Source: Eledone cirrhosa (lineage: Eukaryota). Taken from it: 64,000 bases of DNA. Below, one piece after another: positions 26,252 to 39,901 of this stretch. Positions within the stretch are counted from its first letter, which is position 1; each line of letters begins with the position of its first letter. The notes below the pieces were generated by a model, which worked only from the letters and a program-made list of their open reading frames with translations, ran no database searches and was not told where the DNA came from. Position numbers and translations under genes: made by a program. The stretch is taken from assembly GCA_964016885.1 (NCBI GenBank), contig OZ024743.1:11966001-12030000 (forward strand), read 5' to 3'.

Positions 26252-27490
26252 CTATAGGGACTTCTCCAGAACATGTAGACACCTCTCGGCCAGACCTCCC
26301 TCAAGCTATATGGGCAGTAACAACACCCTAGGTTGAGAACTCCCCTCAAGCCATAGGGAACAACCCAGGCTGAGCAGACACCATGATAGCCTAGAGATTG
26401 AATCAGACACAGCCATTATAATTTGGCCAACATATATATAACACAAACACATTTTAATTTACTTGATTTCTGATTTTCAATTTTCAATTTTAAATCTTGA
26501 TTTATCTTTATTAATTTGTTATTTGTGTTCTGTTCTCTTCACTGTATCACCTTATATTTATTTTTAAATTGAGATTGATTATAACACAAACACATTTTGT
26601 TTGATTATCTTATTCTTTTATTAGTTTAACATCTTGTACCTTATACCAATCTATCCAACATATTTCTGACCTTGAGATTGGTTATAGCACACACACACTT
26701 TATCCTACTTTATTTGAATCTTCATTTTATTTTTCACTTCTCCATATTCATTTTCATTACTTTTTCACCAATTTTTCATTTATACTTTATTCTCTATTCA
26801 TTATTTATTTTCTGTTTTCTTCATTTATTGCCTTATATTTCTTCATATACATGGAAGACCCCCCACCACCACCACCACCAACACCACGGGAGATGGTGCC
26901 AGGAGGGATGAAAAAAAACACACAGATACTTCTAAATTGTCATCAGCAGCAAGACATAAGCTGACCACAACACCAACAACACTACCGAAATAATGGTAGA
27001 GGTCAAATGTACTTAACAATAGCAAACACAAACAGTACAGGGAGCCTCACCCCAGAAAGAATTTCTATAGATTTCTGACTGAGGAATGCTCTCAAAACTG
27101 ACCAATGGGAAGTTTGACATTTTTTTGTTATTTTGTTCCTTTACCACCTTTTTCCTTCTACCACTTTATCAATTTTTTAAGCTAACTCCAACAATAACAA
27201 CACTACCAACACAAGAATTGAGGTTAGATGTACCTAACAATAACAAGAACAACAACTACAGATTGGCTTGCCTCAGAGTGAATTTCTATAGACTTTTGAA
27301 TGAGGAATGTTCTAACAACTGACAAATGAGAGGAGAAGAGGCCCTTTGACACTGAAATTCGTTTGTTTGAATTCATATGATTCCAGTTCCTCAGTGAAAT
27401 AACAACCCAACCAGGAACTGGGCATATCAGAGTATTGACAAAATTATACACTCAACAACATATGTACTTGTCTATACCACACTAATTCGG

Positions 27491-27545
27491 ACTGCCTGAA
27501 GAGGTCACAGCCAAAGATGGCTGTCACCGAAATATATATAGCAGT
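27491..27545 (+). ncRNA. Type I hammerhead ribozyme, right pLTR
   Basis: ACTGC-CTGAAGA-GGTCACAGCCA-AAGA-TGGCTGTCACC-GAAA-TATATA-TA-GCAGT, followed immediately by AATAAA. Confidence 0.9.
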
Positions 27546-27688
27546 AATAAACGAAGCTAAATTTTAAACATTTGACTTTTTATTTTACTTTATTTTACAT
27601 TACTCCGGAGTAACCAAACCAACCTGCGCACTTCGTAGAGTGCTCCAGCCTGCATACTGAGGTGTTGGTAAGCAACCAACATATACTC

Positions 27689-27758
<70 letters not shown>

Positions 27759-27824
27759 AAGGTAGAACACTGGAAGGCAATATCCGTAGTGGTAGAGCAC
27801 TCAGTCCATGGGACGAGTTTGGTA

Positions 27825-28080
<256 letters not shown>

Positions 28081-28331
28081 TTTCTCTTGATATTTAGTTT
28101 TGTCATTTATGTAATCCGGGAAGTTGATGCATGAATACCAGCTTCTGGTATTAATCAAAGAAGGACATTACTTGTATAACATCACCTGTTTGTCTATTTA
28201 AATTTTGTTTTCCATTTTTCACTGAATTTCAAGCTCTGTTCCTCCATCCTAATTGAAAAGTACCTCATATATATTTATAAAAAACGGGAATTGTGTGTGT
28301 ATATATATATATGTGTGTGTGCGTGTGTGTG

Positions 28332-28434
<103 letters not shown>

Positions 28435-28504
28435 GTATGTATGTATATGTGTATGTACACATACGTACGTATGTATGTATGTATGTATATGTCTATGTAT
28501 GTAT

Positions 28505-29315
28505 CTTCTGGTTTTATAATTTCACAAATTTTTGCCAATAGAGAGAGAGAGTCGGTTTCTAACATAGTTACAAGACTATCTCATTGGAATTTACACAACA
28601 TCAACTAGTAGATATGTCTGCATGCCTGCATGCGTAGGTATACATGTTACTGTATGTGTGGATGTGGATGTTTTGAGTTGTATGTGTTTTGAGTTTGTAT
28701 CTGTACATGTGTATATGCAGTTATTAGATGCAGAATTTTTGGAATATTTTACATATTTTTACTGTTCCATTAATGGATTGTACTTGTACTTTCCTAACTA
28801 GTTGTGTTCTTTCTGTTCCTGTGAAGCCTAGCTTCTCAAGATTTGTATTGAGGCAGTTACTAACATATCCAAGTGCCCCAATAATCACAGGCATAAATCT
28901 GAAGGTGTAATCAGGGTGGAGTATCTGCAGATTTCTCATCAGTTCTGCATAAATATTCTCCTTTTCGCTAATCTTTGATATTATATTGGCATCTGCTGGG
29001 CAGTTAACTTCCACTACTGTGCATGCTTTCTTTTCCCTGTCCCATATCATAATATCTGGTCTGTTATGCCTGCATTCTATTGGGGATTTTACTGGAACAC
29101 TCCACCAGTACTCTTTCATATTATGTATATGTATGTCTTCCACATTGCTGTAGCTTTTAATGTGTTTATTATCGGGGCTATCTTTTCTACGGATTGCATT
29201 GTACAGTGTTTTGGCCACTACATCATGCCTCATAGGTAGATAGTACCGCAATGACATCTTTGGACAGCTGCTTATGACATGGATGACATCTTCGATGTTA
29301 ATTCTGCAGAGTCTG
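28505..29315 (-). mobile_element. R4/Dong-like family B copy 2 (5'-truncated, intact 3'UTR)
   Basis: RLE ORF 28724-29315 is highly similar to 12902-13490. Degenerate (TATG)n on both sides. Confidence 0.9.
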
Positions 29316-30899
29316 TATGTATGTATGTTGGTTTGTTTGTATGTATGTAAGTATGTATGCATATAAGTATGTAGGTAAGTATGTATGTATGTAGGGTTGT
29401 ATGTATGCATTTATGTATGTGTGTATGAATGTATGTAAGTGTATGTGTGTATGTATATCGTGTGTTTTTCTTAAATGTAAATAGCTGATTGAAAATCAAA
29501 CATTTTTCTTGAATAAATAACAACAGATAAAGAATACTAATACTAATAATAAAATCGTTATATAATACCTTTTTACATATCTTTTCACTTAATTTATTTC
29601 TTGAATCTTTCTATACAGATTCATTTCCTTTAGAAATAAGTAAATCATGTGATTTCACATGATGTCACATGAATATCGAATTTTTAATTATATTAATGAT
29701 TTCATTTACATTCTTAATATGTTTTACGTTCGTCTATGTTTTCGTTAATGAGATAAAATACAGTATATACTTTAGTGAAAGATATATTTTCGACAATATA
29801 TTTTCTTTTTTGTTTAGTGCATCTATTACGCATCGATTAAACATTCTTCTTTTAGTTGTTTTCCAATTATTGAATTATTGAAACATTACATTCTTTAGTT
29901 ATATTGTTTTTCAATATTTAATGTCTAAACAAAATGTAAATTTCGTTATCATAGTTCACCTGAATGTTGCCTCAAACATCTGGCAGAAAATAAATAAATA
30001 ATTAAATTCTAATGAAAAATATAAATCAAGAGAGGAAATATGAAAACCAAAAGAAAAAAAAATTGATTTTTATTTCATTGTCTCACAATGTAGAAAATGT
30101 TTTTTTTTCCGTGTTTGCCACGATTATTTCTTATGAGTAAACAATGAACAATTTAAGATTGAAAAAATATAGACGCCATACAAAATTCTGTATATATACT
30201 GCTGCACTAAATCTTAATTTTCTTTTATAATATTGCAGAATATTCGATAGCAATTTTGTAATAGAGAAAATATGTACGTTTGGGCCCGTAATTCCTGGGA
30301 TAGTCGTAGGGGGACCGTACTGATGATATACAGCGTGTCTTGGGCATTTTAAAATCTGGCGAAGCCCTTCTTTCTCCAGATATGAACTCCTATTTATTCG
30401 AAAGAAGAAAAAGAAGTGAGAGGAAGATTCGATTCCAGTACTGGACTGGTAATTTCTTTTATCGACACTGAAAAGATGAAAGACAAAGTTGACCTCGGCA
30501 GGATTTGAATTCAGAGCATAGAGAGCTCGAAAGGAATACTGCAAAGCATTCTAACAGACATTCTAACGACTCTGCCAATTCGCTGCCTCATGTATTTATT
30601 TACATATTTAAATTTTACCTTTCAACCATCTGAGATCGATTGATAAAGTACCAGTCTAGGGTAGAGGACCGGTGAAGATATTAGAACGTCAAACAGGATG
30701 GTAGATTTAATCGGTTACTCGGTTAAACACAATCACCCGCCCCTTGGGTATCTTTAGAGGAGTCCACTCTTTTATAAGCATTCGGACCAGACCCTCAGTT
30801 TATGGATATTTTCCTTTAACAAATCCGTATATCTGCAACAGTGGTGCTAGTGATTTTATCATTTGCAGAGTACAACTTAAGAGTGTCTATATACAAAAG

Positions 30900-31115
30900 A
30901 TGGTTGATTGTCCTGCTATAGTAGCTGTAAATAAGCGTCAGGCTGAAAAAAGTGAAGAGAAGGAAACCTCTTTGAATATTCTTCTTTTGTATATATGCAA
31001 AATTTCGTGGCATTACTTGATGCGTTTAATGTATCTGCTTATTATTAATGCTAGCCTAGTCATAAATGTTTTCAACATCTATGTGTGGGGAACACTGTTA
31101 AAAACTACCTCGTAG
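30900..31115 (-). mobile_element. Highly decayed non-LTR RT fragment
   Basis: YEVVFNSVPHT* resembles KAFDSVPH, and KRRIFKEVSFSSLF resembles GIFQGDSLSPLLF. Confidence 0.4.
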
Positions 31116-31421
31116 GCAATTTATGCCATGTTAAGATCTTCCTTTCTCATTCTAAAGTTTTCGGTTCTGGCTTTCTTTAGCAGTAATTGAATTTTACATA
31201 CTTCTGCTCTTCTGGAAAATGTTTGTTTTTTCTAGATGCTTATATATTCTTTGCGATATTATTACTGTTTTATATGCTATAGGTAGGTAGATAAAAAGTC
31301 TATAGTCTTTGAGATTCGCTGTTATTTTTTAGTTTTGAGGATTCAGATGGTTTACCATTTTTCAGTGAGCTCGTCAGTAGAAATAGTAGTAGTAGCAGTA
31401 TTATTATAATGGCACTCATAA

Positions 31422-31613
31422 GGGTGGTGGATTGGCAGAATCGGTAGAGTGTAGTACAGTATGCTTCGTGGCATAGAGTTACGTCCTTTTACGTTCTGAG
31501 TTCAAATCCCGCCAAGTTAGCTTTGCTTTTCATTCTTACGGGGTGGATAAAATAAAGCACCAGTAATGCACTGAGTAATTACTGGCCTTGTGCCAAAAGT
31601 AGAAACAATTATT
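31422..31613 (+). mobile_element. OK-like SINE
   Basis: Full head, core and tail match the other copies. Confidence 0.88.
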
Positions 31614-32564
31614 AGTAGTTGTGGTAGTGGTTGTGGTAATATCAAAATTGTATATACTTAATATTTGTATCTACTAATATGTTTGCACTTTATTTATAAT
31701 CAAATCACAACATAACTAAAGAGAGATAGTTTTTGTTAAAACTATTTCCGAATATTTCTCAATATTGATTTAAAATTTTACCTTAAAAATTATTTCTCAA
31801 AAGATGTTTGTCTGTTTAAAATATATTTAAAAAGCATTTGCTTTCATTGTTTTCTTTGTTTGGTTGCTATTATGTTGAATATATTTCTTTAGAATTGAAT
31901 TTTTGCAGAAATATAGATAAAAGAATGACTACCATGTCAATGTGGAGAGTAATTTAGTTAAGTTGTATACACTATAAATATCTGTAAGCTATTGTCCCTT
32001 TTGTAGACAGAATGTGGGCGTTATTTCTCCGATAAATATCTAGAAATATTAGAAACAATTCTGGACGATCCCGTGGTTATTTTTTACAGAGAAGCAAAAT
32101 TTGAAAGTATGCTAAAAATATATATAACTTAGATTTTGATCTATAAAAATACAGTATATTTTCTATGTCCTTATGAAGAAACATATCCACCAAACGTTTC
32201 ACTTTGAATGAAGGTTTTGAGATGAATTAAAGGATGGGGATATCTAGTTGTTCTAATTTTCTAGCATATGGTGGATGGAACTTCTGCATAATTTGCCTAT
32301 ACACGTATTATCCCTATTAATGTAATTTGATTGACCTATTTGTAAGCTCTAACTATAAATGCTTTATATATGCGTAGGGCATTTGTCTGTATTGTGTAGA
32401 GGCAAAATTACAAACAGAAATAAGAACTAGGATTTTAAACACTTTTTCTCGTGTTCTTTCATCTTTAAGTTGTGTTAAGCCATAAGAGTTAAGCTCATTC
32501 TGCAATTATATAAGTGGTTATTAAAATACAAATGTGTCAACTAGAAGCTATCCCTGAAAGATCG

Positions 32565-32930
32565 GGTGGAGGTGGCGAATGCCAAAATTTTAAACGCTGT
32601 GTTGAGCAAAGTTATGGGCCTGAAGTTGTCTAAAACGTCCCTCATCTTCTCGTCTTTCCTCATCAGCGTTACTACACCCCGACTCACAGAACAAGGGATA
32701 TTCTCGTTCTGCTGTCATTTGCAGCAGTCGGTTTCCGGGATATCGAAGAACAACCTGACATATATACGTTAAACTCGTAAGGTTGACCATCCAAACCGGG
32801 TGATTTGCGTCTCTAGCAGATGACCAGGGCATCCCGAATCTCGGCTGCTATAATCAGCTTTTTACGGCACTCATCATCAGCTGGCCAGTCACGACAAGCC
32901 ACCGAGGTAGGAACTAAAGTCCGTTCCCCC
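32565..32930 (-). mobile_element. L1/Tx1-like LINE RT fragment
   Basis: KSPGLDGQPYEF and NIPCSVSRGVVTLMRKD..LDNFRPITLLNTAFKILA. Confidence 0.75.
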
Positions 32931-33031
32931 GGCGAAAAGATTTGTGGGCTTAATTTTAAATTTAATGTTAATATATTTGGGCATTTAGCCCAAATACTAT
33001 TGGGACTCCCTTATATATATATATATATATA

Positions 33032-35727
33032 TTTAGCAGTTATGGGTTATTGAGTAGTCGCCACTTTAGCAGGGTGGTAGAATCAGTGGTCGTTAGTTTC
33101 CAGTGTGGTAAGTGATAGTATCCTCGTTGGATTATCTTGTTGACATAGACGTGAGGGAAGGTCCCTCGATCTATTTACCATCTATTTACAATATTCCTTT
33201 CGTCAGGTCGCCAGTTCCAGCAGCATGGATTAAAGTTGTTTATTGAGACACGAGTAAAATAACAACGACTTCAACCGCAGTAATTAGAGATGAAATGTTT
33301 GTTTATTTATATGGTTGAAGTTACAGATAAAAAGAGGTTACAAAAGGGAATGTGCCATTGCGCCGTTAAGCCGGCGAGGCTAGGGGTGCAATATCTCCCT
33401 GCTACATTATGCGTGTTGCTGGTTTGAAGTTTCCGGTACAAGAGAGAGATTCTTCAAATCTTCGCGGGAATTTCTTCCTCAGGGCGCGTAGGGATACATC
33501 CTCTTCTACTGGCGCTGATTGGCTGAACTGAGCCAAATCACGCACAGAGAATGTATGTGAGCCCGCGGAATGTAGGTCACTACATCACCTCCAACCAGAT
33601 TTTCAGCCGAAAATCGATAACGAAGAAACCAAGGACCCACATATTATTGAATCAGCAAGAACAAATGCTGAAAGAGCACATCAGTGAAAAAATAATTGAG
33701 CAGAAGGTTGCATGCAAGAACAAAAAATAAGGCGCTACGGGCCGTGTTGAGCCGCTGTGTCAAATGACCAGTTGTTTTGTTGTTTATACGTGACCGCCAA
33801 AGGTCTAACAAAAAACGGATAAAGTCTGACATGGGCGAAGTTGCTGTTCTTGCATTAAATGTTAATGGTAAGCGTTGTACCAGTAGCTGTGAACGAAGCT
33901 ATTATGGTAGTTTACCAGTGCTGGCGAGAAAATGATGCCCCCAGATGTATTGTCGAATGTGCTGTGGAGCTAGGAAAAAATGGCTGGTTGCTTTGTAAAG
34001 AACAAAAGGCAAGTTTAATCTGTAGGTGGGTTGCAGTGTAAATTCCATAATTCGGGCGAATCCACAGAAGTGGCCGAAATGCTAACAAGTCCAGTTCAAT
34101 TTGTTGCTTTCCCAGCGAGTCGGGCAAAAACAACAAGACGGATGGCCGTCATGGACGATCAGTGTGCAACGAGATGCGAAGCTGTTTGAGTTCAGCTGCA
34201 ATTAGTATTCTCGTGTTGCGGTGCCTGTTTGAATCCAGTGGATTAAGCTCTGTGAGCTGCTAGCATGTGACAGCATCTCAACCAGGTGAAAAGGGACTCG
34301 CAGAATATTACGTTTGAAGAACATATACCAAGAACAACAAGTTGGTGTGTGATATAAAAAAATGTGTGCATATGCAGGCATGTAAAACAGCAAAGAATGT
34401 GAATGAACAAAAACCATGAGCAAGCAAATAGCAAAAGAGCACAAAACAAGTAATTGCATTCTACAAAGAAATATGTGAATGTAACAAACTGATAATTCAA
34501 AGTCAATCTAGGGGAGCAGAGAAATTGCTCAATAAGTTCAAAGTTTTTCAAAGTCAAATAGTTCACACATCACCAGTGTACAGACACTAGTTCTATCTGA
34601 AAACTGAAAAAGAAGTTTGTTAATGCCGTTAGGGATTACATGTATGGTGTTTTTGTGAGATTTCGTGGTCATTTTACCGTCCCGCCACACAGTTGTGTTG
34701 CTTATTGTTAAAGCAAAGTCAAAGAATCTTCTGTAGAGTAGGAGTCACCAAATATGGCAGTCACGTCTGACGCCATAATGGTGAGAAAACTACTGTCTCA
34801 ATTTCTCGCGTCCCTGTGGTAACGAGACAGAAGGTATGGTGGTTGCGTCGGATAAGTTACAAGCCGTTTTGAAATTTCCGATGTGTGGTGGTTGGCGTCG
34901 GTAAGGTTATGAAGCTGCCACTCACTGTTCCCTGTATTGGTCAGTGGTTAAACAACGCTGTCGCTGCTGCTGTCATTGTTGTTGTCAAGCGTAGCCATGA
35001 CATGTCGGTAGCCATCTTGAAATTTTTTCGTGGCGAAAAAGTTTTTGAAATACTGCTAATTTTTCAAAAAATTTTGAAAGGAATATATTTTATTTTCGCA
35101 AGCTGCGACGTGGCAATAAAAGTTAAACTGAATGAATAAGAAGGGCTGCGTTAAATTCTTACGTCGGTCACCACTTTAGACTTTAACAGTATTGGTTATT
35201 GAGTAGTCGCCACTTTATCAGGGTGGTAGAATCAGTGGTCGTTAGTTTCCAGTGTGGTAAGTGATAGTATCCTCGTTGGATTATCTTGTTGACATAGACG
35301 TGAGGGAAGGTCCCTCGATCTATTTACCATCTATTTACAATATTCCTTTCGTCAGGTCGCCAATTCCAGCAGCATGGATTAAAGTTGTTTATTGAGACAC
35401 GAGTAAAATAACAACGACTTCAACCGCAGTAATTAGAGATGCAATGTTTGTTTATTTATATGGTTGAAGTTACAGATAAAAAGAGGTTACAAAAGGGAAT
35501 GTGCCATTGCGCCGTTAAGCCGGCGAGGCTAGGGGTGCAATATCTCCCTGCTACATTATGCCTGTTGCTGGCTCGAAGTTTCCGGTACAAGAGAGAGATT
35601 CTTCAAATCTTCGCGGGGAATTTCTTCCTCAGGGCGCGTAGGGATACATCCTCTTCTACTGGCTCTGATTGGCTGAACTGAGCCAAATCACGCACAGAGA
35701 ATGTATGTGAGCCCGCGGAATGTAGGT

Positions 35728-35734
<7 letters not shown>
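33032..35734 (-). mobile_element. Non-autonomous LTR retroelement with ~550-bp LTRs
   Basis: Direct repeats at 33032-33584 and 35182-35734 that start TGTAG on the minus strand. PBS-like TGGTGACCGACGT follows the 5' LTR and purine-rich GGTTGGAGGTGA precedes the 3' LTR. (TA)n on both flanks. No long internal ORF. Confidence 0.85.
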
Positions 35735-35770
<36 letters not shown>

Positions 35771-35773
<3 letters not shown>

Positions 35774-36438
35774 GGTGTGGACGATATTTGTTCGCAATTT
35801 TCAACTGCTAATTTTATGCTAATTTTATGCTAATTTTTTTACTTCCGTTGTCACTCTTGTCTTCATAAAAACAGTGACTATATTTCCATTATTTATTTTC
35901 AGAATAATTGATTATGAATAATTTTGAACCTCCAAATTTGTGGAAGAGACACGGAGTTCTTCTTGGAATCCGCGCCGGGAGGACAAATAAGGAAATTTCA
36001 GACTTTCTCAGCGTCAGCAGGAGAATGGTGGAAAAGGTCAGAAAGGAATTGGAAGATTCAGGATTCGACTACGAAGCAACATCGGAGAGGAAAACACATG
36101 ATCGACGACCTGAAGCCTTCAGAACGCCCGAGTTTGTCGCTGAAGTTCAGGATATCATCAACAATGAACCTAGCAAGTAGATGCGTGCCATTGCAAGGGA
36201 GAAAGGCGTGGATGAAAAGCTCATTAGGCTGGTAGTACATGAAGACATTCGCTACGTTTCATACAAGATGAGGAAAGGACAATTTCTGTCAAAGGCGATG
36301 CAAGAAAAGAGACTGAAGCACTCAAAGAAGCTGATCAACAAGTTGAAACACCCACTGGAGCCAGACATGCTGTGGTTTTTCTCCGACGAGAAAGACTTCT
36401 GCCAAGACCAGAAGATCAACTTTCAGAACAACAGGTGT

Positions 36439-36440
<2 letters not shown>
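35771..36440 (+). mobile_element. Tc1/mariner (maT-like) transposon 5' half, truncated at (TA)n
   Basis: TA|CAGGGTG terminus. Two HTH-like regions, then WFFSDEKDF..N.QNNR containing the first catalytic Asp. Stop at 36178-80. Confidence 0.82.
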
Positions 36441-36497
<57 letters not shown>

Positions 36498-36500
36498 GTA

Positions 36501-36574
<74 letters not shown>

Positions 36575-36956
36575 CTGATTCTTTTTTTCAAATACCACTT
36601 TGGAAGAAGAATCAGGATGGAGAGAGAGGTGCTGTACTCCAGCAAGTTTTATGAAAGGTGGGTGAAAGTGGCGAGAATGGCCCGAGTGAGTGGGCCTTCT
36701 CTCTATATCAGCCTGTAGGTTGAGGAAAAGGAGGAGGAGAGGAAAGGAGTACAAACTCTTCGTACTCCTGGAGATGAGGGTTGCACATTTTTTCGGGGGT
36801 ATGTGTTACCCATATGAACTGTCTCCCCCTATTGGGGAAAATCGACTAATTTTTAAATTGCATTTGTGATAATATTTTACACGTTTTTGTTGTATATAAA
36901 CTTCCCCCTTTGTATTTGTCCCCTTCTTTTGTGCCCCTGTGGCTAATAAAGAAACA
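36575..36956 (+). mobile_element. L1/Tx1-like LINE 3' end
   Basis: FFKYHFGRRIRMEREVLYSSKFYERWV-like C-terminus. Ends TGTGGCTAATAAAGAAA, and the same tail is on the minus strand near 19498-19515. Confidence 0.55.
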
Positions 36957-37966
36957 TATCTATCTATCTATCTCTCTATATATATATATCGAAGGAAGTG
37001 TGGTAAGAAACCAGATGAACCATAACGCACCAGAGTACTCAATGCTTAGGGTAGTAGAGTGGGTAATAGGAAAATGTTTGACCCCGACGACAGAGCTCAA
37101 GCTGTTTCGACGGCTATTTCTGGACTGTAGAAATAGTCATCGTCGTCGTCGTCGTCATCGTCGTTACAACTCTGATCATCATGAACACAATAGTTAAACG
37201 AAACACTTAAAAGTATTTTAATTAAAATTTCCAAGACGGAAGCTTTTGTACTAGTTACAGATTTTAGCTCACAGTCATAAAACAAATACTACAGAACGAA
37301 ATGAGGCCTTAATAAATGATGATGTGAACAAATAACGATGAAATCAAATATAACAGCAAGGAAAGAACGAGAAGGGGAAATTTGGGGGGCTTTTTTAAAG
37401 CTACTAATACACACACATTCACACAAACATATACAAACACATACAATCACACGCACGCACACAGTTACACACGTACACACAAAAACACAGACATATACAT
37501 ACACATAGTCATATGAAACTGTCATGATATCCTACGATGAGTAGCTGTTTCATTGGCCATGTTTTCTGTACATTTTAATGTCTCCCTACAATTGTTTCGT
37601 TGCCTTTGCTTTCGTATGCTTTCTTTGTTCCCTATTTACACATTGAAAATTAAATTGAATTAGCAGCTTACGCCGGACGTTTGACTACAGAAATCGTTTA
37701 ATAAAGGGTATATAAGACCCCCAGAATGGGAGAAAATGGACATACGCAAGCATGGGAATCGAACCCACACCTTATTTTCTCAATGTGTCTGCTAGCCGAT
37801 TACACTAACGTACCTATTCTGTTTTCTTAAGTAACGAGTTGTAAGCTGCACAATGTTCATTCAAATCTAATCTGGTCACTCACAATTTTTGTATGTAAGC
37901 ATGTATCTATCTTTCTCTTTCCCCCACTCCCTCAATGCTTTCACCCAAACATATATCTATCTATCC

Positions 37967-38077
<111 letters not shown>

Positions 38078-38136
38078 GAAATGACTTCGTTCAAACAGAA
38101 TTGACCATTATGATAGTAGTAGATCACTATAAATAA

Positions 38137-38724
38137 CTGTTTCTACTTTAGGCACAAGGCTAGCAATAACCCAGTACATTACTGGTACTTTATTTTATCG
38201 ACCCCGTAAGGATGAAGGCAAAGTTAACCTCGGCGGGATTTGAACTCAGACTGTAAAGGGACGTAACTATGCTAGAAAGCATGGCGTCCAACTCTCTACC
38301 GATACTGCCAATCCACCGCCCTATCATGGCGTCCAACTCTCTACCGATACTGCCAATTCACCGCCCTATCATGGCGTCCAACTCTCTACCGATACTGCCA
38401 ATCCACCGCCCTATCATGGCGTCCAACTCTCTACCGATACTGCCAATTCACCGCCCTATCATGGCGTCCAACTCTCTACCGATACTGCCAATCCACCGCC
38501 CTATCATGGCGTCCAACTCTCTACCGATACTGCCAATCCACCGCACTATCATGGCGTCCAACTCTCTACCGATACTGCCAATTCACCGCCCTATCATGGC
38601 GTCCAACTCTCTACCGATACTGCCAATCCACCGCCCTATCATGGCGTCCAACTCTCTACCGATACTGCCAATTCACCGCCCTATCATGGCGTCCAACTCT
38701 CTACCGATACTGCCAATTCACCGC
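38137..38724 (-). mobile_element. OK-like SINE with a tandemly amplified 5' head
   Basis: SINE body 38137-38320. A 12-bp TSD CACTATAAATAA lies at 38125-36 and 38725-36. Confidence 0.9.
38281..38724. repeat. 45-bp tandem repeat, ~10 units, derived from the SINE head
   Basis: Unit ATGGCGTCCAACTCTCTACCGATACTGCCAATYCACCGCCCTATC. Confidence 0.95.
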
Positions 38725-38979
38725 CACTATAAATAATATTTGAGAAAAGAAGCGCATCAGTATATTTCTGTGAACTGTGAATCCCAAACAAATGCCTGAC
38801 TATTACCAGCACTGATCCCTTTATCTGGTCTATCACTGTAAATGAACATATCAGTGTCTATATGTATGTCTATCAGGTTTTATTCAGTTATATATAATCA
38901 GTTTATTTATTACTTATTATTTACCTTTTCATTGTTATTATTATTTCGCTCTTTAATTGGCTCTTTAATTGGCTCTTTA

Positions 38980-39162
38980 ATTGGCAGCATCCGTAGGGAG
39001 TCGGACACCATGCTTTGCAGCATAGAGTTACGGTCCTTTGTGGTCTGAGTTCAAATTCTGCCGAGGTTAACTTTACCTTTCATCCTTACGGGGTCGATAA
39101 AATAAAGTACCAGTAATGCACTGGTTAATTGCTGGCCTTGTGCCTAAAGTAGAAACAATTAT
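38980..39162 (+). mobile_element. OK-like SINE
   Basis: Consensus match, preceded by three copies of GCTCTTTAATTG. Confidence 0.85.
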
Positions 39163-39289
39163 TTCTCTTAGGATGTCCCTGGTGCCCTTTAACCTGTCAT
39201 CTTTGTATTTTTAATAACATTCCGAAAGCATTGTTTCTGAAGATGAACTGCAGATGCTAATACTATGAAGTTACATTATTACTACCTTT

Positions 39290-39471
39290 GTGGATTGGCA
39301 GTATCGATACAGGGTCTGACGCCATGCTTTGCAGCAAAGAGTTACGGCCCTTTATGGTTTGAGTTCAAATCCCGCTGAGGTTAACTTTACCTTTCATCCT
39401 TACGGGGTCGATAAAATAAAGTACCAGTAATGCTCTGGGAAATTGCTGGCCTTGTGCCAAAAGTAGAAACA
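39290..39471 (+). mobile_element. OK-like SINE with 15-bp TSD
   Basis: ATTATTACTACCTTT at 39275-89 and 39472-86. Confidence 0.9.
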
Positions 39472-39825
39472 ATTATTACTACCTTTTAGTCAGTATATTG
39501 ATGAAAGTTTTCTTTATTTTGCGTTTGAAACGATCATAAAAGAATTGATTAATTAACTACTAAACCTTATTTTATTTGTTTCTTTGCTCAACATTATATA
39601 TCGGTATTTGTAGTTTTTGAATACTCAATATGTACTAAGATAACACCTTTCCATAAGAAACAAATTTCGCTTCGCATTGATGGCATATTGATATCCACAC
39701 TACATTCTAATAGGATATAAATCTTACCATACTTGAGTAGAATATTAATGTATATATATATATACATATATATATATATAATGAGTATGTGTATATGTGT
39801 GTGCGTATAACACCCACACATATGC

Positions 39826-39901
<76 letters not shown>

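Larger units (their letters stand above)
23169..27693 (-). mobile_element. Penelope-like element (probably Nematis-like), 5'-truncated with an inverted pLTR
   Basis: 23169-24733 is an inverted repeat of 26252-27597. The ORF remnant between them reads FLDTTLNL, SNHP, WYNPPYS, IFNRHTVKLSYS, CNCR..PLGNECL, FKDRWYNHRHSF and CKLCLNE. Confidence 0.88.

Noticed and set aside
38269-38736. 155-aa repetitive ORF or CRISPR-like array
   Set aside because: A spacerless 45-bp tandem of the SINE head. The frame is open only because 45 is a multiple of 3, and there are no cas genes.
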